A DNA stretch of 64,000 nucleotides, taken from contig OX597821.1 in assembly GCA_951406725.2 (NCBI GenBank), forward strand, positions 66,216,001-66,280,000, written 5' to 3'. A model generated the notes under the pieces. It was not told the origin of the DNA. It saw nothing but the letters and a program-made list of their open reading frames with translations, and made no database searches. A program made the translations under genes and the position numbers. The stretch comes from Octopus vulgaris (Eukaryota). Positions 15,865 to 28,860 of this stretch are shown here, in pieces; position 1 is the stretch's first letter, and every line of letters starts with the position of its first letter.

Positions 15865-16550
15865 AATATATATATATATTTATATATTTATATATAAACA
15901 CACAAAGGATAGAGTGAGGGAGAAGACAGGGGTATAGTAGATATGTAAAAAGAATGTGAACGTGTGAACCTCTATGGTATATTATACAACATAGGTGTGT
16001 ATATAATATATATACGTATTTGATCTACATCTATCACTCAGTCACACACTCTCTCTTTCTTTCTTTCTTTCTCAGTCTATATATAATTTATATATATATA
16101 TATATACATATATACAATATGCGTATATGTGTATTCGTGTTTGTGTATATATATAGTATAGCGAAGAAGTTAAAGTGCTGGGGCAATCTTCGCGATTACC
16201 ACTCTAACCAAATCCATGATACCATGAGATTTTCCGTTTGCCTGTTGTTTTTGTTCTTCTCTACTCCACTTATTGCTAGTCTCCCTCTCTCTCTCTCTCT
16301 CTCTCCCTCTCTCCTTCTCTCTCTCTCACTCACACTCTCTCTCTCTCATCCGTGCCCGCGCGCTCTCTCTCTCTCTCTCGCTCTCTCTATCCCTCTTTCT
16401 TCTCCCTCTGTCTCTCCTCTCAGTCTGTCCGTGTGTCTGAAAACTACGTGGTTGTCTCTTATGCCTGCTTGCCTGTCTGCCTGCCTGCCTGCCTGTCTGC
16501 CTGCCTGACTGTCTGTCTACTTGCTGTCTGGATGGAGAGTTGGCTGGTAG

Positions 16551-16592
<42 letters not shown>

Positions 16593-16970
16593 GTGTGTGT
16601 GTGTGTGTGTGTGTTGTGTGTGTGTGTGTGTTTGTGTGTGTGTGTATGGCTGTGTATTAGTGTGTATATATTACTCATGTATGCTGTGCGTACATTCATG
16701 CATCTCCATGCATATGTGCGTGTGTATATATGTTAGATTTGTATGTACATATATATGTGTATGTATGTTTATGCATATAACTTTAATATGTATGTGTATA
16801 TATATGTGTTTGTATGTTAGGTGTGTGTGTGTGTGTATATTAGGTGTGTGTATATATATGTGTCTGTGTGTGTGCGTATTTATGCTAGGTGTGTATATGT
16901 ATGTGAGATGTGTATATGTATATATGTATGTATATGGTAGATGTGTGTATATATATGTATGTGTTAAATG

Positions 16971-17009
<39 letters not shown>

Positions 17010-17754
17010 ATGTGTGTTAAATGTATATAAATGTGTGTGTATTTATGCTAGGTGTGTATGTGCGTGTGTATATATATATGTATGTATATAGTAGGTGTAT
17101 ATATGTATATGCATGTATGTGTTAAATACATATATATATATATAAGTATGTGTTAAATGTATATAAATATATATATATATATGTGTGTGTGTGTGTATAT
17201 GTATGTTAGTAGATATATGTTGTATACATGAATGTGTTTGTATTATACGTGTGTATGTATGCGTGTGAATATATATGAGTGTGTGTGTATTCGCGTGTTC
17301 GATGTTTTGCTTTTATTTCTTTTCAAGCTCTAAGCTCTTCATTCGTTCTCTTTTTATCAGTCTCTTCATTTTTCTTTCTATCCACTCATCTGTTTTTACC
17401 CTTTATCTTTCTCCTTCTCTCTCTCTCTCCTTCACTCACTTTCTCTCTTTTCCTCTCACTCTCTCAACAACACCCTTTCGTTTTATCTTTCTTTCTTTCC
17501 CCAACTCTTTGCATTGTTTTTTTTCTTCTTTCTTTCATTCTTTCTCCATCCTTTTACACATCTTTTCTTCTATCCCTTCTCATCATAGCCTTTATCTCTT
17601 TCATCCTTCTCATTTACTCTTTCCTACCCCCCTCCCGCTCATACTCTTTCTTTCATTTTTTTTTTTTACTCGCTCTCTGCCCTCTTTTTTCTTTCTACTC
17701 CCCTCATTCATTCTCCTCATTCCTTTCCCCTTTATTCGCTCCCTACAGTATTCT

Positions 17755-17806
<52 letters not shown>

Positions 17807-18270
17807 CCCTTTTTTTCCTTCCTGCTCGCATTTACTTCCTCTAACATTTTCATTCACTACCCTTTCTTTATTGCACTTCTTCTTCTTTTTTACTCCCTCT
17901 CCCTCTCTCTCTCACCTTTTTTTTCCTTCTTTACTTCCTCTAGCCATCTCTCATAACTTGCTTTCAACACAGCTAAACGGTGGAGCTTCTCCGTTGGTCG
18001 CTCGCTCGCTCGACCTGCCTAGACTCATATCTCCTTATAGTCGAACCCTACGGTCTTGCGGGGAAAAAAAACAAAAAAAAAACGATACGTAAAGCACACA
18101 CATCAAATAATGGAATTTGAGAGATTCTCTATAAAAGTCGGAATTGTCACGGCTGGAAGAGCTTTCGTCTTAAGTTTGCTTCATCAGGTTTGAATTGTGT
18201 CTAAAACAGGACTCGTTTCATTTCACTCCGTATCCCTCTCTCTCCAGGACACAATCACGTATACACACAC

Positions 18271-18363
<93 letters not shown>

Positions 18364-18368
<5 letters not shown>

Positions 18369-18760
18369 TCATACTCGCAAACGCGTACAATCTCATATAC
18401 ATATACAAATTCATACACGCACACACACACACGCACACACACGCACACACACAGACTCATACTCGCACACGCGTACAATCTCATATACATATACAAATTC
18501 ATACACGCACACACACACACACACACAGACTCATACTCGCACACGCGTACAATCTCATATACATATACAAATTCATACACGCACACACACACACGCACAC
18601 ACACACACACACAGAGACTCATACTCGCACACGCGTACAATCTCATATACATGTACAAATTCATACACGCACACACACACACCACACACACACACACACA
18701 GAGACTCATACTCGCACACGCGTACAATCTCATATACATATACAAATTCATACACGCACA
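18364..18760 (+). repeat. Compound minisatellite: five copies of a ~55-bp core separated by variable (CA)n
   Basis: AGACTCATACTCGCACACGCGTACAATCTCATATACATATACAAATTCATACACGCAC repeated five times. Confidence 0.9.
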
Positions 18761-19071
18761 TAACAAACCCATTTACACGAACATAAAAGAAAACTCCTAC
18801 ACACGTACATACTAACTTCATACACACGTTTACGAACTCACACACACGTACATACAAACTCGTACACACGCACATACAAGCTCACACGCGCACGTACAAG
18901 CTCTCACACGCACGTACATACGAGCTTACACATATGCACATACAAACTTCATACAGCACACTCTCAAAATACATTTTCATATAAACACACTGGTTTATAT
19001 GTCCATGTACAAAATGCATTAATCTTTCTGCGCAGATACACATGCACCCACAATCACACACGCACACATAT

Positions 19072-19106
<35 letters not shown>

Positions 19107-19167
19107 TACACACACGTACTTTCACTCTCTGGCGCTCTGTTATTCTCACATTTTATTAATTCTCAAG

Positions 19168-19239
<72 letters not shown>

Positions 19240-19268
19240 CCTACCTACCTACCTACCTACCTACCTAC

Positions 19269-19315
<47 letters not shown>

Positions 19316-19717
19316 CCTACCTACCTATCTATCTACCTACCTACCTACCTACCTACCTACCTACCTACCTACGTATGTATGTATCTATCTATCTATCCCT
19401 CTATATGCACACATATGGACATATATATATATATGTGTGTGTGTGTATATATATGTATATATATATAATCCTTCGAAACGTTTAGTAGATGAAACTTTAG
19501 CGACTGAAGAAGGGGATTTTTCGTTGTGCTTATTGTCCTGTATCTCCTTTTTTTTTTGCCTGTCTTGTTCCTTGGTTTGTGTCTATGTTTTTCGTCTCTC
19601 TATGTGTTCGATCTTTTGGTGTCCTGTACACATATATGCGTGTATATACATGTAGAGGTAGTACGTACATATATGTTTATATATATATATATATTAACAT
19701 ATGTATATATATGTATA

Positions 19718-19813
<96 letters not shown>

Positions 19814-20369
19814 CCAAGGGGCATCTTTATGATCACTGGATGTCGACCTGCTATAAATACCGACCAGATCTTTCTAAATTCATGCACTGACGACTTCGAA
19901 AGCACATAACCAAAACGTCAGCTTTAGCTAATTTCTTCCTCTTATTACACATTACGTATGAAAAACAAAAAAATTAAACATAACTGGGTGGCCATGGTTA
20001 GAGCCACTTAATTGCATGGCTGATCGATGTGGAATTACTCGGAGTAGATAACAAGCACCTACCTTTTTTTTCCCTACTACTGCCCAGTGCGCATCTTCTG
20101 CTTTTCGTTCTCAACCTTCACTTTCAAAAAGCGCCCCTAACCCTCTCACTTTCTAATTTCTCACCCTACAACCGTCAGTTACCTTTTCTGTTTCGCTGTC
20201 TTTGTACAAACACGCAAACACTTGTATATATGTGCGCGTAATATATATACGAAGGAGTGGTGAGAAGTTCCTGGGTTTAAACGGGGTCGCCCAAAAGGCC
20301 TGGTTGGAGGACCACCAACCTTCTGAGTTCTTTGACAAGAATTAGAAAAACTGAGAAGGGGATACTCTC

Positions 20370-20586
20370 TCTTTTTACTCTTTTACTCTTTTACTTGTTT
20401 CAGTCATTTGACTGCGGCCATGCTGGAGCACCGCCTTCAGTCGAGCAACTCGACCCCGGGACTTATTCTTTTGTAAGCCCAGTACTTATTCTATCGGTCT
20501 CTTTTGCCGAACCGCTAAGTAACGGGGACATAAACACACCAGCATCGGTTGTCAAGCAATACTAGGGGGACAAATACACACACACG

Positions 20587-20625
<39 letters not shown>

Positions 20626-20791
20626 GATATACGACGGGCTTCTTTCAGTTTCCGTCTACCAAATCCACTCACAAGGCTTTGGTCGGCCCGAGGCTATAGC
20701 AGAAGACACTTGCCCAAGGTGCCACGCAGTGGGACTGAACCCGGAACCATGTGGTTGGTAAACAAGCTACTTACCACACAGCCACTCCTGC
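20370..20791 (-). mobile_element. SINE family A, near full length
   Basis: Reverse complement of the 21518 copy, including the tRNA-like head and (AGTAAAAG)n tail. Confidence 0.92.
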
Positions 20792-21292
20792 ATACATTGT
20801 GTGTGTGCGAGTATCCAGCAACCGCTTATATATATATATATATACGTTTAATAAAATCATAATTAACTGATCCTCCTATATTTTCTTTTATCCAAATCCA
20901 GGGAACTTTTCCGCATCCATTCGTATGTATTACACACACACACACACACACACACACTAGAACTGTATGTGTGTGTGTGTATAGATAGATATGTAAAAAT
21001 ATATACACACACATACATACACACACATATATATTATATATATATTTGTATGTATGTATGTATATGTGTGTGTGAATATATAAATATATGTACATGTATT
21101 ATGTTGTTGTACGTTTGCTTCCCAACCACATTGGTCCGGGTTCAGTCCCACTGCGTGGCATCTTGGTTTTCTATAACTCGGGCCGACCAAAGCCTTGTGT
21201 GTGGATTTGGTAGACGGAAACTGAAAGAAACCCGACACGCGCGCACACACACACAAACATACATTGTGTGTGTGCGAGTATCCAGCAACCGC

Positions 21293-21339
<47 letters not shown>

Positions 21340-21517
21340 CAGTGTGTGTGTGTGTGAGTGAGTGTGTATGTATGTGTGTGTGTGTGTGTGTGTGTAATTA
21401 ATAATCAGTAGAAATTAGAGAGTGACTCGAGGGCCGAGAGCTTCTTGCGTTGTCAGTTATGAATTTATATTCTGGTGATAATGGTAAATATTTTTTACAC
21501 ACACACACACGTCAATA

Positions 21518-21682
21518 GGCGCAGGAGTGGCTGTGTGGTAAGTAGCTTGCTAACTAACCACATGATTCCGGGTTCAGTCCCACTGCGTGGCATCTTGGGC
21601 AAGTGTCTTCTGCTATAGCCCCGGGCCGACTAATGCCTTGTGAGTGGATTTGGTAGACGGAAACTGAAAGAAGCCTGTCGTA

Positions 21683-21749
<67 letters not shown>

Positions 21750-21968
21750 TTGCGTGTCTGTGTTTGTTCCCCTAGCATTGCTTGACAACCGATGCTGGTG
21801 TGTTTACGTCCCCGTCACCTAGCGGTTCGGCAAAAGAGACCAATAGAATAAGTACTGGGCTTACAAAGAATAAGTTCCGGGGTCGATTTGCTCGACTAAA
21901 GGCGGTGCTCCAGCATGGCCGCAGTCAAATGACTGAAACAAGTAAAAGAGTAAAAGAGTAAAAGAGTA
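21518..21968 (+). mobile_element. SINE family A, full length (tRNA head, CORE-like segment, internal microsatellite, AGTAAAAG-repeat tail)
   Basis: Head GGCGCAGGAGTGGCTGTGTGGTAAG (A-box-like) and GGGTTCAGTCCC (B-box-like). TTGGGCAAGTGTCTT resembles CORE-SINE domains. More than 15 copies in the window. Confidence 0.92.
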
Positions 21969-22011
21969 TTATTTGCATATCTATACATATACATAGATGT
22001 GTGTGCGCGTG

Positions 22012-22042
<31 letters not shown>

Positions 22043-22457
22043 ATTTGTGTGTTTGTGTGTGTGCATGTATCTATGTATTTGCACACAGTGAACACGCATA
22101 TATCTCAGTATATATATATATGCTATAATATGTATATCTACGTTTGTCTGGTTCGTTAATTTGTGTTTGTGTGTTTGACCTAACACTGCCGCGTGTTTAT
22201 AATAACACGGTAAACAATCGATAAAACAGCAATACCACGGTCTGGATTTTAACTATTCGGCGAGGACGCTAAGAGACTAAAAAAATCCCTCCGAAGGCGG
22301 GACTCCAGCATGGCCACAGTCAAATTTTTCTAAATTAGTAAAAGAGTTTAAGAGAATATAAAATATACATCCATACATAACTTATATGTATAAATACGTG
22401 TGTGTGTGTTTGATAGAACGGAGAGGAATATAAAACTCAATACAAAAGTATACTAAA

Positions 22458-22968
22458 CTAGCAGTATCGCCCGGCGTTGCTCGGGTTTGTAAGGGAAATA
22501 ACTATATAAGCATTTTTAGAGAGTTACTTCCCTTATAGATGCCAATTCGGGCTTTCTTAGCCATTTCTGTTTTGGTGACTTCAAACCATGAAGTCGTTCT
22601 AAAAGAACGTTGGTCTCCTTGACAACGCATTACGACGTTGATTTCCTTACACTCCCTTCCCCACAGCTTCACGAGGGAGGGAAGAAGGGGGAGAAGCAAA
22701 CAGGTGCAGGTGTGACCATGGACGCCAATTCCGCCGCCATCGACACACGAAAAACTATGCATTAAAATGGAATAAAAAAATGATGTTAAATTATTTTTAA
22801 AATCGTAGACTCATTGTAGACGCGCGCTAATACTCAGACGGGCTCGATATGAATCACGACTATAAGATACCCGAATTTGGTTAAACTGCACCGCAAAATG
22901 TGGGAGTAGTTAGGAATCTAAATCGAAGGGGACAGACACTCACACAACTACAGTTTTATATATATAGA
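22458..22968 (-). mobile_element. Non-autonomous Helitron (511 bp)
   Basis: The minus strand begins A|TCTATATATATAAAA and ends with hairpin CCCGAGCAACGCCGGG, 8 nt, then CTAG|T. These are canonical TC...CTRR termini in an A|T target with no TSD. Confidence 0.85.
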
Positions 22969-22969
22969 T

Positions 22970-23315
22970 TATTACCTCTGCCTTAGCAAATGCAGAGATA
23001 CTGTTTTCAGTCGCGTTTGTTTGTTTGTTTGTCCGTGAACAAGATATCTCAAAAAACCGCTCGATGCATTTCGGATGAAACTTTCAGGGATAGAAAAATG
23101 AGAATATCTGAACTAAAATCGACTGCTCTCACAAGAATTCTGGATTATTTTTCCGTTTTTTTTTTTAACTCTTTGAGAGCGGTCAGGTTCATTTTTAGTA
23201 TTCTCGTTTGTGAGAGCAGTCGATATTTTTTCAGATATTCTCATTTTAAAAATCATCTCTGGCTAATCGTTGAGTGGACGTTGGTGTTGCGGAGGTCTAC
23301 GCTTTCTGAGTGCTC

Positions 23316-23317
<2 letters not shown>
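22970..23317 (+). mobile_element. Helentron-associated non-autonomous element (HINE/DINE-like)
   Basis: Subterminal inverted repeats ACCTCTGC (22974) / GCGGAGGT (23289), internal (GTTT)n, 3' hairpin CGCTTTCTGAGTG and T-rich flanks. Confidence 0.7.
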
Positions 23318-23370
<53 letters not shown>

Positions 23371-23407
23371 TACTATTACTATTATTATTATTATTATTAT
23401 TATTATT

Positions 23408-23962
23408 GAGTGAGAGAGCAGTTCATGCCATCAAAGTGACACTGGGGTAAAATATACGAAGCCCAATATACCCATCATGATTACCCGTCTGATAAGGGTA
23501 CACCAGGCACATGCATCACAACCATATGTGCGCGGCATGGTGATCTCATAGCAAGATAAACAGCACATGACCTTGCAGGTGGGGCCCGGTTAGAATTTTC
23601 TTCAGGTTGATTAGCCCATCCCGCTCAAAAGGTCCCTGAATAAGGGTTGTTTAAGGATGTTGAAAGAACCACCCATGTTTCCAGAGGTGAATTATTCAAA
23701 CCTCAAAGAATCCCTCTCAACACATGGCTATGATGCTCCCCCACTACTTCTGCCCGTGATCAGAGATGCACATATCGTCAGCCACTAAGGGACATGCTCA
23801 ACTGGTTAAGGTCAAACAACTGGCAAGCAAATCTGTGGTATTGAGCAGAATATTTGCTGTAGCCCATCTTTTATACCAAGACAAAACAATGTACATGATA
23901 ACACTTCCAATCAGTTAAGATCAGAAGCCATGAGAGCCACTGTCTGGTACTGCATCAGGGCA
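23408..23962. mobile_element. 555-bp non-coding interspersed element embedded in (TTA)n, copy 1
   Basis: Colinear over its whole length with 62732-63286. Both copies are flanked by (TTA)n. Confidence 0.85.
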
Positions 23963-23972
23963 TAGCCACTGC

Positions 23973-24045
<73 letters not shown>

Positions 24046-24057
24046 TTACATATAATG

Positions 24058-24272
24058 GGACGAGCTGGCAGAATCGTTTGCATGCTGGACGAAATGCTTA
24101 GCGGTTTTTAGTCTACCGCTACGTTCTGAGTTCAAATTCCGCTGAGGTCGACTTTGCACCTCATCCTTTCAGAGTCGGTTAAGTAAGTACCAGTTACGCA
24201 CTGGAGTCGATGTAATTGACTTAATTCCCTTCCCCAAAATTTCAGGTTTTGTACCTTTAGTAGAAAGGATTA
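24058..24272 (+). mobile_element. SINE family B
   Basis: GAGCTGGCAGAATCGTT...GAGTTCAAATTCCGCTGAGGTCGACTTTGC...TAGTAGAAAGGATTATT. Confidence 0.85.
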
Positions 24273-24707
24273 TTATTTCATTGTACGTAACCCCCCAATC
24301 TTTATGTCTGTCTTTTTATTTGTTCCCGTCATCTCTCTTCACCCTGGTGGCAAATAAATGAAGCTATTATTATTAATCAACATTAGAGTCATGCGTGGAG
24401 CGCTCAGACTTCGAATCACTTTTGTAACATTCTGCCGATTAAAAGCATAGGAATACGGTGTGTGTGTGTGTGTCCTTGTTTTTGTATGTATTCGCTGCTT
24501 TCTTCCAAGGAATCTAATGCTCTTAGCTTAGTTTTTCCTTGGAGCAATCTCAAGTATAATCAGCCGAAATTGTGAAGATAATCTGGTACTTGACTGAGGA
24601 AAGGTAACTTCGAATGACTCGTCCTTGTTTTCTTTGTATCGTCTATCTGGATGTTTTATTGTCTCATTTTTATATCACCTAACTGTCCTTATGTTTTGCG
24701 TCCTTGT

Positions 24708-24783
<76 letters not shown>

Positions 24784-24784
24784 A

Positions 24785-25046
24785 AGGCGTGTGGCTTATT
24801 TGGTAGGGTATTCGGCTCATGATCATAAAGTCAGGAGTTCAGTTCCCGGCGACGCGTTATACCAATTCAATCAGCTGGTAAAAATGAGCAATACTTTGTA
24901 TTTCAAACGGGCCAGCCTGAATCTCCCCGAGAACTACGTTAAGGGTACACGTGTCTGTGGACCCACTTGCACGTTAAGTTCACGAGCAAACTGTTCCGTT
25001 GATCGGATCAACTGGAACCCTAGTCGTCGCAACCGAGGGAGCGCCA
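24785..25046 (+). mobile_element. SINE family C copy (degenerate head, deleted body)
   Basis: Tail GAGAACTACGTTAAGGGTACACGTGTCTGTGGA...GTTCCGTTGATCGGATCAACTGGAAC is shared with 27280-27662. Confidence 0.75.
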
Positions 25047-25121
25047 GTTTTAGTACACACACACATATATATATATACATATGTATATGTATATAAATAA
25101 TATATATATTATGTATATAAA

Positions 25122-25171
<50 letters not shown>

Positions 25172-25184
25172 AATATATACATAT

Positions 25185-25650
25185 ATGTACATACCTACAT
25201 ATATGCATGCATGTATGGGTACAGAACATCAAAAAAACATTGAACACAATGAGAAACGAAAACATAGAAAACGAACTTTAATTTTTTTTCGAACAACGAG
25301 AAAAAAAAATAAGCAGAGAACAGAAACATGCGACATAAAGAATTTCACTCTCAGCAAAAAATCCCAAATTTTATTTAATTTGCTTAGCGGGAAGGACTGG
25401 TTCAACGAAGTCGCGTATTGTCCTTAACTTCGATTCGCGGAGTAGATGAAACAGGGACAACTGATGAAGGGGAATATTCTTTATGTTCCATGTCTCGTTT
25501 CTTCTCTGTTTTTTGTTTTCGTTGTTCGAAAAAATAGTTCGTTTTCTATGTTGTTATTTTTTATGTTTTCGCTTCTCACGTGTTCAACGTTTTTTTGATA
25601 TCCTGTATCCATATTTACATGTATATATACATATATATGTAGGTATGTAC
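25185..25650. repeat. Fold-back element with ~160-bp imperfect inverted arms
   Basis: 25185-25345 is the reverse complement of 25474-25650 (TGTACATACCTACATATAT...CATAGAAAACGAAC...CATAAAGAAT). A related single arm lies at 19500-19670. Confidence 0.75.
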
Positions 25651-25724
25651 ACATATGTATGTATATATGCATGTATTTATATTATTATATGATCGAACGC
25701 TACGCATCCTTCTCCAAGTAAGTT

Positions 25725-26193
<469 letters not shown>

Positions 26194-26338
26194 TATGTAT
26201 ATATATTTTTATGTATTGAAGCAGTCCGTTCGAAAATATAAAAGACAACTTTTAGGAACAATAGTGGATTATTGACGCAGAAGGTTGCGAACTTTTCCCG
26301 TATCGAAGTAAGCTGAAAAAAGCTTATTTTATAGTTCA

Positions 26339-26749
26339 CAGGAGTGGCTGTGTGGTAAGTAGCTTGCTAACCAACCACATGGTTCCGGGTTCAGTCCCAC
26401 TGCGTGGCATCTTGGGCAAGAGTCATCTACTATGGCCGCGGGCCGACCAATGCCTTGTGAGTGGATTTGGTAGACGGAAACTGAAAGAAGCCTGTCGTAT
26501 ATATGTATATATATATATGTGTGTGTGTGTGTTTGTGTGTCTGTGTTTGTCCCCCTAGCATTGCTTGACAACCGATGCTGGTGTGTTTACGTCCCCGTCA
26601 CTTAGCGGTTCGGCAAAAGTGATCGATAGAATAAGTACTGGGTTTACAAAGAAGAAGTCCCGGGGCCGATTTGCTCGACTAATGGCGGTGCTCCAGCATG
26701 GCCACAGTCAAATGACTGAAACAAGTAAAAGAGTAAAGAGAAAAGAGTA
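26339..26749 (+). mobile_element. SINE family A, near full length
   Basis: Colinear with 21518-21968. Confidence 0.92.
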
Positions 26750-27279
26750 GGGGTTATTGTATAGGCAAATAGACATTCGGAAATTGGAGAAAGGAGTAGA
26801 TAAATCCGGGTTACATATGCTAACGGAACTTCGGAAGTAGTACATTATTCAAAAGAGGAACGAGGAGTAGACCGTTAGCTACCTTCAGGCCAATGATACT
26901 TTGATCATACGAAGTTTATATCGTCATAGGGAAATCCCATATTAACTCGTTGGGAGATCCCGTATTAACTCGTTGGAGATTCGATCGAAATACACACACA
27001 CACATTTTCTTCTTCAAACTCGATACTACATTTTGTTGTTTTTTTTCCCTCTACATATAAATGTTTTTTTTTCCCCGAATAAAATTGCAACGAAGCTATA
27101 AGATCATGCACAAGCACTCGACTATGAGTGCATTACATCTTACCGTAAAAACAGCTGTAAGCTATTGAGCTGCTTTTCATAATATCTTGTTCTCTTCTCA
27201 TTCATATAATCTTTTATTACGCTCTGTACTCCACTACCGTTCTTCTTTGAATCGTATGTATACGCTAATATACATACAT

Positions 27280-27662
27280 TGGAAGCACTCCGTCGGTTAC
27301 GACGACGAGTGTTCCGGTTGATCCGAATCAACGGAACAGCCTGCTCGTGAAATGAACGTGTAAGTGGCTGAGCACTCCACAGACACGTGTACCCTTAACG
27401 TAGTTCTCGGGGATATTCAGCGTGACACAGAGAGTGACAAGGCCGGCCCTTTGAAATACAGGTACAACAGAAACAGGAAGTAAGAGTGAGAGAAAGTTGT
27501 GGTGAAAGAGTACAGCAAGGATCACCACCATCCCTGCCGGAGCCTCGTGGAGCTTTAGGTGTTTTCGCTCAATAAACACTCACAACGCCCGGTCTGGGAA
27601 TCGAAACCGCGATCCTATGACCGCGAGTCCGCTGCCCTAACCACTGGGCCATTGCACCTCCA
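27280..27662 (-). mobile_element. SINE family C, full length
   Basis: Minus-strand head TGGAGGTGCAATGGCCCAGTGGTTAGGGCAGCGGACTCGCGGTC...GGTTTCGATTCCC has A and B boxes. The tail is shared with the 24785 copy. Confidence 0.85.
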
Positions 27663-27816
27663 CTATACATACATACGTTTATATATATATGCATACATAC
27701 ATAGATGTATCATATGCATACACACACACACACAGACACGCGCACACATTATTCTTAAACAAGCCAGTGACTTCGAAGCTTCAGCCAGTTAAGCCATCAT
27801 CGTTGTACTCCATCAC

Positions 27817-28103
27817 TCTCTTTTACTCTTTTACCTGTTTCAGTCATTTGACTGGCGGCCATGCTGGAGCACCGCCTTTAGTCGAGCAAATCGACCCCAG
27901 GGCTTATTCTTTGTAAGCCTAGTACTTATTCTATCGGTCTCTTTTGTCGAACCGCTAAGTTACGGGAACGTAAACACGCCACCATCTTTGGTCAGCCCGA
28001 GGCTATAGTAGAAAACACTTGTCGAAGGTGACATGCAGTGAGAATAAACCCGGAACTATGTGGTTGGTAAGCAAGCTACGTACCACACAACCACTCCTGC
28101 GCC
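27817..28103 (-). mobile_element. SINE family A with central deletion
   Basis: Head (CCACTCCTGCGCC) and tail are present. The microsatellite-bearing middle is missing. Confidence 0.85.
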
Positions 28104-28307
28104 TTTTGTAATGTACTAAAGTATTAAGTAACTCATTAGGTTAATGTAAAATTTTACGTTTATTAATTTGTGTTGTAAGATTCTTGATGTGAAATCGTGT
28201 GTTGAACCAGATATTGTTGTATTTCGGGACGGTCATTTTTTTTTTTTTTTTTTTTGCCACATAAACACACACTCTATATATTCGTTCTTCACTCGTTTAT
28301 TACTACA

Positions 28308-28652
28308 CTATTTACATTATTTACATTTGACGGGTATTTCTCCTCATCTTGTTTGTTGTTAAGACGTCGTTTCGGCTAATATATCCTCCAGCTCTTATCA
28401 GGTGACTTGGAAAAATTTCGAACCTGGGTTCTCATTCCTAAGGTATGTTTCGATGTTATTATTATTATCATCATCCTTCTTCTTCTTCTTCTTCTTCTTC
28501 TTCTTCTTCTTCTTCTTCTTCTTCTTCTTCTTCTTCTTCTTCTTCTTTTTCTTTTTCTTTTTCTTTTTCTTTTTCTTCTTTTTCTTCTTCTTCTTCTTTT
28601 TCTTCTTCTTCTTCTTCTTCTTCTTCTTTTCTTCTTTTTCTTTTTCTTCTTG

Positions 28653-28712
<60 letters not shown>

Positions 28713-28716
28713 TCAC
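28308..28716 (-). mobile_element. Family H (hammerhead-tailed element), head-truncated copy with (CTT)n/(TTA)n expansion
   Basis: Colinear with 34830-35620 from the tail up to ATTCAGGTCAC. Confidence 0.85.
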
Positions 28717-28860
28717 CTAGGTGCGAAATTTCCTCAAGACACCCGATGAAGGCTGGAGGGTATACCAGCCGAAACGTTGTGCTAACAACAAACAAGATGA
28801 AGACAAATATCCATCAAATGTAAATAATGTACATAATTCTTCATCTCTTAAATATGGAAC
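28717..28860 (+). mobile_element. Family H tail copy, inverted relative to its neighbour
   Basis: CGAAATTTCCTCAAGACACCCGATGAAGGCTGGAGGGTATACCAGCCGAAACGTTGTG...ATGTAAATAATGT. Confidence 0.85.
28738..28783 (+). ncRNA. Minimal type I hammerhead ribozyme-like motif (U4C core variant)
   Basis: GACAC-CCGATGA-A-GGCTGG(AGGGTATA)CCAGCC-GAAA-CG-TT-GTGCT: stem I, 6-bp stem II and palindromic ACGT stem III, as in Penelope-associated minimal hammerheads. Confidence 0.6.

Noticed and set aside
17275-17956. Long Phe/Leu/Ser ORFs resembling membrane proteins
   Set aside because: They come from a polypyrimidine low-complexity tract.
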